Shown piece after piece: positions 1 to 16,499 of a DNA stretch of 64,000 nt. A model generated the notes under the pieces. That model saw only the letters and a program-made list of their open reading frames with translations, did no database searches and was not told where the DNA came from. The stretch's first letter is position 1. Every line of letters starts with the position of its first letter. A program made the translations under genes and the position numbers. The DNA is from Eledone cirrhosa (Eukaryota), in NCBI GenBank assembly GCA_964016885.1, contig OZ024743.1, forward strand, positions 84,134,001 to 84,198,000, written 5' to 3'.

Positions 1-544
1 TGACAATACACAATAAATTGCCAACAGTAACAGTATCAACAATTGTAAATGGCTGGTGCCTCACATATCAATAGATACGTTTAAAAACCACAAACTGTGC
101 AGCTTATGCAAGGGAAGCAACTCAGTTGAAACCTTCGTGTAAATATATTTACACTGGAGTTTTCATTTCATTTCATATAGCTTCAGTCCACTCAGCTGAA
201 AATGAGTAACAGCAGTAGCTTGGAGGTTAAGCCTGCGATGGATTGGTGTCCTGACCAGGAGGATATCTTTTACTCTCAGTTACGTAACGCCAATGAAACC
301 AGGATAAGCACTGGTCTGATGAGCTTCTACTCTATGCATAGAGGTCTGTACGAGATGTTAGCAACCCGCACAATATATATCAGTGTATATTTAAAAACAA
401 TAACATTGATACACACATACAGATATACGATAGAAAAATTACAGAAAAACTTAAATACTGGGATAAACCAATTTGTTTTCTAGCTACAAAGTATCGCTTT
501 TTTCTGTGACGTTTTTCTTGGGTTGATATTTTCGTTCACTTCCT

Positions 545-720
545 GACCTGCACCAGACAAATGTCTTGTTCACTGGAGCTGAGCTGCACCAGACAAATGT
601 CGTCTCCTCACTGGAGCTGCACCAGTGTCGTCTCCTCACTGGAGCTGCACCAGATAAATGTCGTCTCCCCACTGGAGCTGCACCAGACAAATGTCGTCTC
701 CTCACTCGAGCTGGTCCAGC
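545..720. repeat. ~33-bp minisatellite (CTGGAGCTGCACCAGACAAATGTCGTCTCCTCA), ~5 copies
   Basis: Tandem copies visible directly. Confidence 0.9.
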
Positions 721-1357
721 CATTTCACAGCTATTTTACTTTCATTAATTGTTTTTTTGCCTTTCATCCTTACGAGGTCGATAAAATAAAGTACCAGTAA
801 TGCTGGCCTTGTGCCAAAAGTAGAAACAATTAATTGTTTTAAACAACAAGGGAGCCCGACCTATTAGAAATAGCAGTCAAATCTACATCAAATTACATCC
901 TTTCTTAAAAAATAAAGCTAAAAAAATGATTAAATAGAAATTTAATCATTTATGTATTTCATTGATATACTTAATATCTATTTAAAAAGAAAGAACAGCC
1001 ATATTGGATATTGTAGTCGGAGACATTGTTAGACGACCTTTGATAAAAACCAACATGGGGCTGAACCATATCTACATTTTACTTTTTTTTCTTCAGGCGT
1101 CAACCAAGGAGTTGACCCAACCTGCTAGAAATAACAACCAAACTTCACTAAAATTACACTTGAACATTTTTTCTTTTAACATAAACATATTAATGGCAGT
1201 GCCCCAGCATGGCCCCAGCCAGTCAGTGTAACACATAGAAGAGTCCTTAGATCACATAATCAGATATACCATGAGAAGGGAAGGATGTTCTCGTTAGATT
1301 GAGGTTTAAACTTTTTGGCTGTTGAAATTTTTTCTTATTTCAATTTATTATATCTGA

Positions 1358-1515
1358 AGGTGGGGAATTGGTGGAGTTGTTAGAACGTCGGCTACCTTGT
1401 CGTATTTGTTTCAACTCTCTTCTCTCTGAGTACAAATCTCGCTGAGGTTAACTTTGCCTTTCATCCATTCGGGGGCGATAAAAATGCACTAAAAAGTTTA
1501 GTACTGGGGTCAATT
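1358..1515 (+). mobile_element. tRNA-derived SINE with Nin/Deu-type central domain
   Basis: Head GGTGGGGAATTGGTGGAGTTGTTAGAACGTCGG, then GAGGTTAACTTTGCCTTTCATCC..GGGGxCGATAAAA. Further copies or fragments at ~755-830, 4040-4155, 12070-12215, 27185-27400, 28125-28340, 29656-29810, 33640-33790 (-), 34560-34670, 48385-48760 (-) and 57255-57550. Confidence 0.8.
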
Positions 1516-1529
1516 CTTCCTCTCTCTAT

Positions 1530-2512
1530 CTCTGACGTTCTATCGTCTATCTTCCACCTGACGTTCTAACGTCTATCTTCCACCTGACGTTCTAACGTCT
1601 ATCTTCCACCTGACGTTCTAACGTATCTATCTTCCACTCGACATTCTAACGTCTCTATCTTCCACCCGACGTTCTAACTATCTATATTCCACCCGGCATT
1701 CTAACGTCTATGTTCTATCCGACATTCTAACGTCTCTATCTTCCACCCGACGTTCTAACGTCTATCTTCCACCTGACGTTCTAACGTCTATCCTCCACCT
1801 GACGTTCTAACGTATCTATCTTCCACTCGACATTCTAACGTCTCTATCTTCCAACCGACGTTCTAACGTCTATCTTCCACCTGACGTTCTAACGTCTATC
1901 TTCCACCTGACGTTCTAACGTATCTATCTTCCACTCGACATTCTAACGTCTCTATCTTTCAACCGACGTTCTAACGTCTCTATCTTCCAACCGACGTTCT
2001 AACGTATCTATCTTCCACCCGACGTTCTAACTATCTATATTCCACCCGGCATTCTAACGTCTATGTTCTATCCGACATTCTAACGTCTCTATCTTCCACC
2101 CGACGTTCTAACGTCTATCTTCCACCTGACGTTCTAACGTCTATCTTCCAACCGACGTTCTAACGTATCTATCTTCCACTCGACATTCTAACGTCTCTAT
2201 CTTCCAACCGACGTTCTAGCGTATCTATCTTCCACCCGACGTTCTAACTATCTATATTCCACCCGACATTCTAACGTCTATGTTCTATCCGACATTCTAA
2301 CGTCTCTATCTTCCACCTGACGTTCTAACGTCTATCTTCCACCCGACGTTCTAACGTCTCTATCTTCCACCCGACGTTCTAACGTCTCTATCCTCCACCT
2401 GACGTTCTAACGTCTCTATCTTTCACCCGACGTTCTAACGTCTCTATCTTTCACCCGACCTTCTAACGTCTCTATCTTTCACCCGACGTTCTAACGTCGC
2501 CATCTTCCACCC
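1530..2512. repeat. 25-29-bp minisatellite (CGACGTTCTAACGTCTCTATCTTCCACC), ~35 copies
   Basis: Tandem copies; each unit holds the dyad GACGTT-CT-AACGTC. Confidence 0.95.
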
Positions 2513-3016
2513 ACCAAACTTACAACGTCTGTACTCACCAATTCGTCGCCTTTTCTTCTCACTAAATAGGATTGTGTGTGTTTTCTTTTTTGCTTCATGA
2601 AAATTAAAATATGTGCATCTCATATAAAATAATTTATTACAATAAATACGTTTCATTGTTTCGCGGTATTTAATTAAATTAAAAAAGTTGAAAATCGCTT
2701 TTTAAAAATTTGATGGCATATTTTCAATGTTTTGGCAGCAATTTGCATATTTTATATGCTGTAATAACTTCAAATAGTAGGAACATCATTTAGAAGAGGT
2801 TTTATGGGACTCGTTATTCACACTGTCTTCTATGTATGTGTGTATGTATTATGTGTGTGTGTATGTATGTTGCATGTGTGCATATATGTACATACACACA
2901 CACACGCGCGCGCGCGCGCGCACATATTTTGACCGACAGGAAAGTTTAAACCGTAATTTATAGATTTAGAACTTTATGAGTACATGGATATAAATCGATT
3001 TATGTTTAAGCACTAT

Positions 3017-3217
<201 letters not shown>

Positions 3218-3745
3218 TGATAGCACTAACATGGTGTGGTTCAGAATAAAGGCGTATATAGACCCATATACAATATGTTTATGTATAATAATCATATATT
3301 TAGTCTCGCTATGAGTATTTTAAGCTCTGATCATATCACATACTATGTATCATATCACAACTACCATACTATGACTGTAAGAGCGCTTCAAACGTATTTC
3401 AGTATTGCCTCTTTTCAGCAACTGCTTGCTTATGACAGGATACTGAAGTACAAAAGATAATATAAACTGGTTTAGTTGGTAGCTTTATAACAATATCTTT
3501 ATAACAATATCTTTTATGTATATTTTGTACGTTTATAACATGCTTCCAGTGCAGCAATAACTGAAAACAGTAGACAAAAAACAAAAAACAAAACGTCTTT
3601 AATATCTGGTTTCTGTCAAGTTGCGGCTATCAATTGGTGACATTCTTGATTCTATTCTTTTTTAAGGTTTCCCCTTAAAATATTGCTTTTCGTTTTGCCT
3701 TTTTTCGGTTCGTTGTCTTGTCCTCTGTCTATTAATTGTCTTAAG

Positions 3746-3863
<118 letters not shown>

Positions 3864-5093
3864 CGCGCGCGTGTGTGTGTGAGAGAGAGAGAGTGCCCTC
3901 GTCTATGTTGTAGTCTCTCTGTTGTTTATCAACAATCCTTCTGTTTTATGAATAGTATTTATTGTTTTTCTTCCTCTTGGAGTTAAGTATTGAACGTTTA
4001 GAAACCTCATTTGTATAATTTGTGATGTTGGATAGAATACTTTGCGGCAATCGTTCCAGCCCTCAGCTCCGTCAGTTCAAAACCCGCCGAAATCAACTTT
4101 GCCTTTCTTTCATTCGAAGTCGATAAAAAAGTATCAGCCCAGTACTGGAGTCAATTCTTCTATATCACTTTTCTTTCTCACCACTCTCTATCATTCTCTA
4201 TATATTTCTTTCTCACTTTCATTCTCTCACTCTCAATCTTTCTCAGCTGTGTTCAGACTTGGAGAAGAGATGGGCTTAGCAAAGTTTAGAAGAGGCCCCC
4301 AACATGCTGTATGTCACTACGGCACCCATGTCACTCTATCAGGAGTTACGGGTCCATAAACACATGCAACGTGTTTCCCAATATGTTTGAAAATAACCGC
4401 AAATAGCTCGAGCAGATTTCTACATGGGTCTCATCTACTTAATTCTACCCAAGTTGTAATGACGGTTAACTCGAGCTTATAATACGAGGATCGATTGAAC
4501 ATTTCATAGGTTGACCAAGATACTCTCATGGAGTGACCAAATGAGGTTTATTTTTTGCAACACAGACCTTGGAAAGAAACAATGCAGTTATTGATAAGAA
4601 GAGTTGAAATCAATGCATGCAAGATTTCACAGCTCTAGCGTCACTCCTTCATAGTCAACTTATGAACTTTTCACTGGACCTTCGTAGTAAGTCCTACGCA
4701 GTGGGATCGGATTCAGAGGTGACTGCAAATCGAACTTCACAATCAACAATGTTTGAGCCTGTACTGTGTACAATCAATTATTCTCTGTCGACAAATGAAT
4801 ATCAATTTTTAAAAATCTTTTCCAACACTCAACTGTGTGAAGTTGTCTAAATTCTAATGAGAGAAATGTTCTGCTTGTGCCTTCATTGATCTTCCTTGAA
4901 CCTCAACAACTGCCGCGTTTCAAACTCTGATTCAAGTATGTTATGTTAGCTTGTTAGGATGTCTACTGGTGTGACATCACTTAATATGTTGGTAGAATCT
5001 GATAACGATGTTAATGGTGTCAACAAGCATAGTGAAATAGAGAGTTTAAAGGTGGTGACTTTTGTCAGGGAAGATTGCGAGATCAGAGGAGAC

Positions 5094-5274
<181 letters not shown>

Positions 5275-5534
5275 GTTTGAAATATGTTAGTGACATCAGT
5301 GAAATAACGAATATCGATTACTTGATCAGTTTTCTACGATTCGATCATCGTGTATCTGTATGGAGGTTTGTTAGAGAGAACTGGTGATTATTCATCTCTT
5401 ACAATATTACTACAGTGACATATGAGAAACCACTTTCATTCCTCCCACACACCGCCATTTGTAGAAGAGGAACATAATTTATTGATACAAGACCACTTTA
5501 TATTACTGGCATTTAGTTAACCGATAGATAAGAA

Positions 5535-8500
5535 GAATAGGTAGTATTGGCAGTATAAACAGAATAGGCAGTATAGGTAGAATAAACAGAATTGTCAGTA
5601 TAAACACACTAGGCAGTATTGGTAGAATAAACAGAAGTGTCAGTATAGGCAGACTAGGCAGTATTGGTAGAATAAACCGAATTGGCAGTATAGGTAGACT
5701 AGGCAGTATTGGTAGAATAAACAGAATTGGCAGTATAGGCAGACTAGGCAGTATTGGTAGAATAAACAGAATTGGCAGTATAGGCAGACTAGGCAGTATT
5801 GGTAGAATAAACAGAATTGGCAGTATAGGCAGACTAGGCAGACTAGGCAGTATAGGTAGAATAAACGGAATTGGCAGTATAGGCAGACTAGGCAGTATTG
5901 GTAGAATAAACAGAATTGCCAGTATAGGCAGACTAGGCAGTATTGGTAGAATAAACAGAATTGGCAGTATAGGCAGGCTAGGCAGTATTGGTAGAATAAA
6001 CAGAATTGTCAGTATAGGTAGACTAAGGCAGTATTGGTAGAATAAACAGAATTGGCAGTATAGGCAGGCTAGGCAGTATTGGTATAATAAACAGAATTGG
6101 CAGTATAGGCAGACTAGGCAGTATTGGAAGAATAAACAGAATTGGCAGTATAGGCAGACTAGGCAATATTGGTAGAATAAACAGAATTGGCAGTATAGGC
6201 AGACTAGGCAGTATAGGTAGAATAAACAGAATTGGCAGTATAGGCAGACTAGGCAGTATTGGTAGAATAAACAGAATTGTCAGTATAGGCAGACTAGGCA
6301 GTATTGGTAGAATAAACAGAATTGGCAGTATAGGCAGACTAGGCAGTGTAGGTAGAATAAACAGAATTGTCAGTATAGGTAGACTAGGCAGTATTGGTAG
6401 AATAAACAGAATTGTCAGTATAGGCAGGCTAGGCAGTATTGGTAGAATAAACAGAATTGGCAGTATAGGCAGACTATGTAGTATTGGTAGAATAAACAGA
6501 ATTGTCAGTATAGGCAGGCTAGGCAGTATTGGTAGAATAAACAGAATTGTCGGTATAGGCAGACAAGGCAGTATTGGTAGAATAAACCGAATTGGCAGTA
6601 TAGGTAAACTAGGCAGTATTGGTAGAATAAACAGAATTGGGAGTATAGGCAGACTAGGCAGTATTGGTAGAATAAACAGAATTGACAGTATAGGCAGACT
6701 AGGCAGTATTGGTAGAATAAACAAAATTGGCAGTATAGGCAGGCTAGACAATATTGGTAGAATAAACAGAATTGTCAGTATAGGCAGGATAGGCAGTATT
6801 GGTAGAATAAACAGAATTGGCAGTATAGGCAGGTTAGGCAGTATTGGTAGAATAAACAGAATTGGCAGTATAGGCAGGCTAGGCAGTATTGGTAGAATAA
6901 ACAGAATTGGTAGTATAGGCAGGCTAGGCAGTATTGGTAGAATAAACAGAATTGTCAGTATAGGCAGACTAGGCAGTATTAGTAGAATAAACAGAATTGT
7001 CAGTATAGGCAGACTAGGCAGTATTGGTAGAATAAACAGAATTGTCAGTATAGGCAGACTAGGCAGTATTGGTAGAATAAACAGAATTGCCAGTATAGGC
7101 AGACTAGGCAGTATAGGTAGAATAAACAGAATTGGCAGTATAGACATGCTAGGCAGTATTGGTAGAATAAACAGAATTGTCAGTATAGGCAGACTAGTCA
7201 GTATAGGTAGAATAAACAGAATTGTCAGTATAGGCAGACTAGGCAGTGTAGGTAGAATACACAGAATTGTCAGTATAGGCAGACTAGGCAGTATAGGTAG
7301 AATAAATAGAATTGTCAGTATAGGGAGACTAGGCAGTATTGGTAGAATAAACGGAATTGGCAGTATAGGCAGACTAGGCAGTATTGATAGAATAAACAGA
7401 ATTGGCAGTATAGGCCGGCTAGGCAGTATAGGTAGAATAAGCAGAATTGTCAGTATAGGCAGGCTAGGGAGTATTGGTAGAATAAACAGAATTGTCTGTA
7501 TAGGCAGACTAGGCAGTATTGGTAGAATAAACAGAATTGTCAGTATAGGCAGACTAGGCAGTATTGGTAGAATAAACAGAATTAGCAGTATGGGCAGGCC
7601 AGGCAGTATTGGTAGAATAAACAGAATTGGCAGTATAGGCAGGCTAGGCAGTATTGGTAGAATAAACAGAATTTTTAGTATAGGCAGACTAGGCATTATT
7701 GGTAGAATAAACAGAATTGGTAGTATAGGCAGGCTAGGCAGTATTGGTAGAATAAACAGAATTTTCAGTACAGGCAGACTAGGCAGTATTGGTAGAATAA
7801 ACAGAATTGTCAGTATAAGCAGACTAGGCAGTATTGGTAGAATAAACAGAATTGTCAGTATAGGAAGACTAGGCAGTATTGGTAGAATAAACAGAATTGG
7901 CAGTATAGGCAGGCTAGGCAGTATTGGTAGAATAAACAGAATTGGCAGTATAGGCAGACTAGGCAGTATTGGTAGAATAAACATAATTGGCAGTATAGGC
8001 AGGCTAGGCAGTATAGGTAGAATAAGCAGAATTGGTTGTATAAGCAGGCTAGGCAGTATTGGTAGAATAAACAGAATTGTCAGTATAGCAGGCTAGGCAG
8101 TATTGGTAGAATAACCAGAATTGGCAGTATAGGCAGGCTAGGCAGTATTGGTAGAATAAACAGAATTGTCAGTATAGGTAGACTAGGCAGTATTGGTAGA
8201 ATAAACAGAATTGGCAGTATAGGCAGGCTAGGCAGTATTGGTAGAATAAACAGAATTGGCAGTATAGGCAGACTAGGCAGTATTGGTAGAATAAACAGAA
8301 TTGGCAGTATAGGCAGACTAGGCAGTATTGGTAGAATAAACAGAATTGGCAGTATAGGCAGACTAGGCATGATAGGTAGAATAAACAGAATTGGCAGTAT
8401 AGGCAGACTAGGCAGTATTGGTAGAATAAACAGAATTGTCAGTATAGGCAGACTAGGCAGTAGTGGTAGAATAAACAGAATTGGCAGTATAGGCAGACTA

Positions 8501-11500
8501 GGCAGTATAGGTAGAATAAACAGAATTGTCAGTATAGGTAGACTAGGCAGTATTGGTAGAATAAACAGAATTGTCAGTATAGGCAGGCTAGGCAGTATTG
8601 GTAGAATAAACAGAATTGCCAGTATAGGCAGACTAGGCAGTATAGGTAGAATAAACAGAATTGGCAGTATAGGCAGACTAGGCAGTATTGGTAGAATAAA
8701 CAGAATTGGCAGTATAGGTAGACTAGGCAGTATTGGTAGAATAAACAGAATTGTCAGTATAGGCAGGCTAGGTAGTATTGGTAGAATAAACAAAATTGGC
8801 AGTATAGGCAGACTAGGCAGTATTGGTAGAATAAACAGAATTGACAGTATAGGCAGACTAGGCAGTATTGGTAGAATAAACAAAATTGGCAGTATAGGCA
8901 GGCTAGGCAGTATTGGTAGAATAAACAGAATTGTCAGTATAGGCAGACTAGGCAGTATTAGTAGAATAAACAGAATTGTCAGTATAGGCAGACTAGGCAG
9001 TATTGGTAGAATAAACAGAATTGTCAGTATAGGCAGACTAGGCAGTATTGGTAGAATAAACAGAATTGCCAGTATAGGCAGACTAGGCAGTATAGGTAGA
9101 ATAAACAGAATTGGCAGTATAGACAGGCTAGGCAGTATTGGTAGAATAAACAGAATTGTCAGTATAGGCAGACTAGTCAGTATAGGTAGAATAAACAGAA
9201 TTGTCAGTATAGGCAGACTAGGCAGTATAGGTAGAATAAGCAGAATTGTCAGTATAGGTAGACTAGGCAGTATTGGTAGAATAAACAGAATTGTCAGTAT
9301 AGGCAGGCTAGGTAGTATTGGTAGAATAAACAGAATTGGCAGTATAGGCAGACTAGGTAGTATTGGTAGAATAAACAGAATTGTCAGTATAGGCAGACTA
9401 GGCAGTATTGGTAGAAAAAACAGAATTGTCAGTATAGGCAGACTAGGCAGTATTGGTAGAATAAACAGAATTGGCAGTATAGGTAGACTAGGCAGTATTG
9501 GTAGAATAAACAGAATTGTCAGTATAGGCAGACTAGGCAATATTGGTAGAATAAACATAATTGTCAGTATAGGCAGGCTAGGCAGTATTGGTAGAATAAA
9601 CAGAATTGGCAGTATAGGCAGACTAGGCAGTATTGGTAGAATAAACAGAATTGGCAGTATAGGCAGACTAGGCATTATTGGTAGAATAAACAGAATTGGC
9701 AGTATAGGCAGGCTAGGCAGTATTGGTAGAATAAACAGAATTGGCATTATAGGCAGGTTAGGCAGTATTGGTAGAATAAACAGAATTGGCAGTATAGGCC
9801 GGCTAGGCAGTATTGGTAGAATAAACAGAATTGTCAGTATAGGCAGACTAAGCAGTATTGGTAGAATAAACAGATTGTCAGTATAGGCAGACTAGGCAGT
9901 ATTGGTAGAATAAACAGAATTGTCAGTATAGGCAGACTAGGCAGTATTGGTAGAATAAACAGAATTGTCAGTATAGGCAGGCTAGGCAGTATAGGTAGAA
10001 TAATCAGAATTGTCAGTATAGGCAGGCTAGGCAGTATTGGTAGATTAAACAGAATTGGCAGTATAGGCAGACTAGGCAGTATTGGAAGAATAAACAGAAT
10101 TGTCAGTATAGGCAGACTAGGCAATATTAGTATAATAAACAGAATTGGCAGTATAGGCAGGCTAGGCAGTATTGGTAGAATAAACAGAATTGTCAGTATA
10201 GGCAGACTAAGCAGTATAGGTAGAATAAACAGAATTGGCAGTATAGGCAGGCTAGGCAGTATTGGTAGAATATACAGAATTGGCCGTATAGGCAGGCTAG
10301 GCATTATTGGTAGAATAAACGGAATTGGCAGTATAGGCAGGCGAGGCAGTATTGCTAGAATAAACAGAATTGTCAGTATAGGTAGACTAGGCAGTATTGG
10401 TAGAATAAACAGAATTGGCAGAATAGGCAGGCTAGGCAGTATTGGTAGAATAAACAGAATTGGCAGTATAGGCAGTATTGGTAGAATAAACAGAATTGTC
10501 AGTATAGGCAGACTAGGCAGTATTGGTAGAATAAACAGAATTATCAGTATAGGCAGGCCAGGCAGTATTGGTAGAATAAACAGAATTGGCAGTATAGGCA
10601 GGCTAAGCAGTATTGGTAGAATAAACAGAATTTTCAGTATAGGCAGACTAGGCAGTTTTGGTAGAATAAACAGAATTGGTAGTATAGGCAGGCTAGGCAG
10701 TATTGGTAGAATAAACAGAATTGTCAGTATAGGCAGGCTAGGCAGTATTGGTAGAATAAACAGAATTGTCAGTATAGGCAGGCTAGGCAGTATAGGTAGA
10801 ATAAATAGAATTGTCAGTATAGGCAGACTAGGCAGTATTGGTAGAATAAACGGAATTGGCAGTATAGGCAGACTAGGCAGTATTGATAGAATAAACAGAA
10901 TTGGCAGTATAGGCCGGCTAGGAAGTATAGGTAGAATAAGCAGAATTGTCAGTATAGGCAGGCTAGGGAGTATTGGTAGAATAAACAGAATTTTCAGTAT
11001 AGGTAGACTAGGCAGTATTGGTAGAATAAACAGAATTGGTAGTATAGGCAGGCTAGGCAGTATTGGTAGAATAAACAGAATTTTCAGTACAGGCAGACTA
11101 GGCAGTATTGGTAGAATAAACAGAATTGTCAGTATAAGCAGACTAGGCAGTATTGGTAGAATAAACAGAATTGTCAGTATAGGAAGACTAGGCAGTATTG
11201 GTAGAATAAACAGAATTGGCAGTATAGGCAGACTAGGCAGTATTGGTAGAATAAACAGAATTGGCAGTATAGGCAGGCTAGGCAGTGTAGGTAGAATAAA
11301 CAGAATTGTCAGTATAGGCAGACTAGGCAGTATTGGTAGAATAAACAGAATTATCAGTATAAGCAGACTAGGCAGTATTGGTAGAATAAACAGAATTGGC
11401 AGTATAGGCAGACTAGGCAGTATTGGTAGAATAAACAGAATTGGCAGTATAGGCAGGCTAGGCAGTATAGGTAGAATAAGCAGAATTGGTTGTATAGGCA

Positions 11501-12057
11501 GGCTAGGCAGTATTGTTAGAATAAACAGAATTGTCAGTATAGCAGGCTAGGCAATATTGGTAGAATAAACAGAATTGGCAGTATAGGCAGGCTAGGCAGT
11601 ATTGGTAGAATAAACAGAATTGTCAGTATAGGCAGACTAGGCAGTATAGGTAGAATAAACAGTATTGGCAGTATAGGCAGACTAGGCAGTATTGGTAGAA
11701 TAAACAGAATTGTCAGTATAGGCAGACTAGGCAGTATAGGTAGAATAAACAGAATTGGCAGTATAGGCAGACTAGGCAGTATAGGTAGAATAAACAGAAT
11801 TGTAGTATAGGCAGGCTAGGCAATATAGGTAGAATAAGCAGAATTGTCAGTATAGGCAGACTAGGCAGTATAGGTAGAATAAACAGAATTGGCAGTATAG
11901 GCAGACTAGGCAGTATAGGTAGAATAAACAGAATTGTAGTATAGGCAGGCTAGGCAATATAGGTAGAATAAGCAAAATTGTCAGTATAGGCAGGCTAGGC
12001 AGTATTGGTAGAATAAACAGAATTGTCAGTATAGGCAGACTAGGCAGTATAGCAGAA
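5535..12057. repeat. 45-bp satellite array (~6.5 kb, ~145 copies) made of five 9-bp subunits
   Basis: Unit GGCAGTATT GGTAGAATA AACAGAATT GGCAGTATA GGCAGACTA. Confidence 0.97.
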
Positions 12058-12309
12058 TGGTTCTATTTATTCTTTAAATCCTATCGAGGTTAGCTTTGCT
12101 TTTAATCCTTCCGCGGTTGATAAAATAATACCAATAATGCAGTGGGTCGATATAATCGAATTTACCCTCCTCCCAAAATGGTTGGCCTTGTGCCTAAATG
12201 AGAAATCAATATATTACAGGAAAAGGTGGAGTGGAGGTGTATTGGAGTAATACTGAGTTGAAATCCACGTCTTATCTTGTTGAAGATTTGGTTTTCATAT
12301 TTGGTGCAT

Positions 12310-12460
12310 TAAACAGAACCACCCCTCTCCAAACAGAACCACCCCTCTCCAAACAGGACCACCTCTCTCCAAAACAGAACCACTCCTCTCCAAACAGGAA
12401 CATCCCTCTCCAAACGGGACCACCACTCTTCAAACAGAGCCACCCCTCTCCAAACAGGGC
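12310..12460. repeat. 20-bp minisatellite (CCAAACAGAACCACCCCTCT), ~7 copies
   Basis: Tandem copies visible directly. Confidence 0.9.
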
Positions 12461-12561
12461 CCTTTCTTCTCTCTCTCTTCCTGCGTTTATGCGTGCAAGA
12501 ACAAACACACACACACACACATATTTCGCGGAATCAAAATTTTAAAGAAAGTTTCCAGTTG

Positions 12562-12667
<106 letters not shown>

Positions 12668-12745
12668 AGTCGCCGACGACCCCACCATGCGACAGGTTGT
12701 ACTGGTTTACATGTTACCAATACCACTCAAGAGTGACCTGGCACT

Positions 12746-12942
12746 AGTTCTTCCGCCCTTTGTCAGGGTTTGTTTTTTGTCCTGCAGGGTCTCCAAAATC
12801 ACCCTCCTCACCAAGTAAATTTGGTGGGGTTGCCAGTTTTTGGACACTAAACTGGCAACCTCACCAAGTTTACTTGGTGAGGAGGGTGATTTTGGACACC
12901 CTGCAGAACAAAAAACAAAGCCTGACAAAGAGCGGAAGAACT
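12746..12942. repeat. Fold-back inverted repeat (~95-bp arms), probable Penelope-like terminal remnant
   Basis: Arms ~12746-12839 and ~12849-12942 are reverse complements with a few mismatches. Followed by a decayed hammerhead-like string CTGATAAGAGTC...CCCAAAAT. Confidence 0.7.
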
Positions 12943-13036
12943 GATAAGAGTCAACGGCCATCCCAAAATGTGTAAATATGTATATACTATACACATGGAC
13001 ATATGTATGTTTATGTATATACGTGTGTATATGCCT

Positions 13037-15378
<2,342 letters not shown>

Positions 15379-15439
15379 CCGGTTTTTTAATAAAAATATA
15401 TATTTATTTGGTTACTTTACCGGTTTCGCAGTTTTTCTG

Positions 15440-16100
15440 CTTTTCAAAAGTAGACTCTGAGCACCACCACTACATAGGATCCACGGCGACGAGCTTCAAA
15501 GGTAGGTGGTATAACCATCGCCATTCCTTTAACAGAATAGAAAAGAGGAAATGTACGGCCCTTTCTGAATTGATCTGGAAGCTCAAACTTGAAAAGACCC
15601 CCACACTCTCTGGTCTGGTCCGTGGTTAGAAAGGTTCCCCCAGACAGAGGTGGGTCTGGTATTTGCAATCTCTGTCTTAGTGAGACACTCGAGATACTTC
15701 ATGGCGGAACCAAGCTATTAAACAGAAGGGCCGACTTATTCGGCGCCTGCAGACACCTAAGGGCGGGAACTTTCCTCAAGATATATGGATAAACCCCGGT
15801 TATGGCCTCCCACAACGCCCTCCCACCTGTAGGTCCCCTACACCCCGTACCAATGGCCAATGGGCAACAACACCCACCCATAGTTTGTAGTCCCTACGGT
15901 GGATTGTCCACCGGATCCTCTACTCGTTAGGAGTCAGCAAAACCACGTTTACTGAACCTGAGGAACCCCACCCCACCCCCGGGAGTGGCCCACACAGGAA
16001 GAACAATTATCCCAAGGTACTAACCCTATACGCATGAATGAGTGCCCGCAACCGTGCGTTGTGTGTGTATACTGGGATTACGTGAATGTACACACTTATG
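15440..16100 (+). mobile_element. Penelope-like element 3' fragment with GIY-YIG endonuclease (Naiad-like)
   Basis: HYIGSTATSFKGRWYNHRHSF...LSELIWKLK, one frameshift, then CNLCLSETLEI...LLNRRADLFGACRH-stop at 15792. Confidence 0.8.
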
Positions 16101-16499
16101 TGAATGCAACGAAATACTAATACCCCAGGCTGCATTTGAAAAATGTGCGAGTGCATGCTTAAGAGTATATTTGTATATGCTCTCTTGTATGAGTGCACAT
16201 GTGTATATAGACATACACACGCATCCAGAGGTATAAAAGTGTGGGTGGGTATATATGTCTGTACTAAGGGATTCGGCTATGTTCCAAAGCCCCAAAGCTA
16301 TTGCTGTGAAGATATATATCACACTCTACTTTTGTCTAGTCTAAACAATAACTTTTCCAAACACCCACTTTACTTTTCTTTAAAAATAGCAGCCACCTCG
16401 TTTTATGTCTGCCTTATACTTGGATTCGGGGGCCTCTGTTGTATATATGTATGCACTTGTGCGTACATACATATATATACACACCTGTATGGATTTGTG

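Noticed and set aside
545-2512. Short partly palindromic repeats resembling a CRISPR array
   Set aside because: Units are head-to-tail with no unique spacers, no cas genes are present and the context is eukaryotic.
4380-5060. Unique-looking stretch with short ORFs
   Set aside because: No recognisable protein motif or consistent splice signals.
6023-10304. Long ORFs (653, 555, 505, 316 aa) of ILPILP / SIGRLG repeats
   Set aside because: Translation of a 45-bp satellite that lacks stops in some frames. ORFs overlap on both strands and break at random indels.
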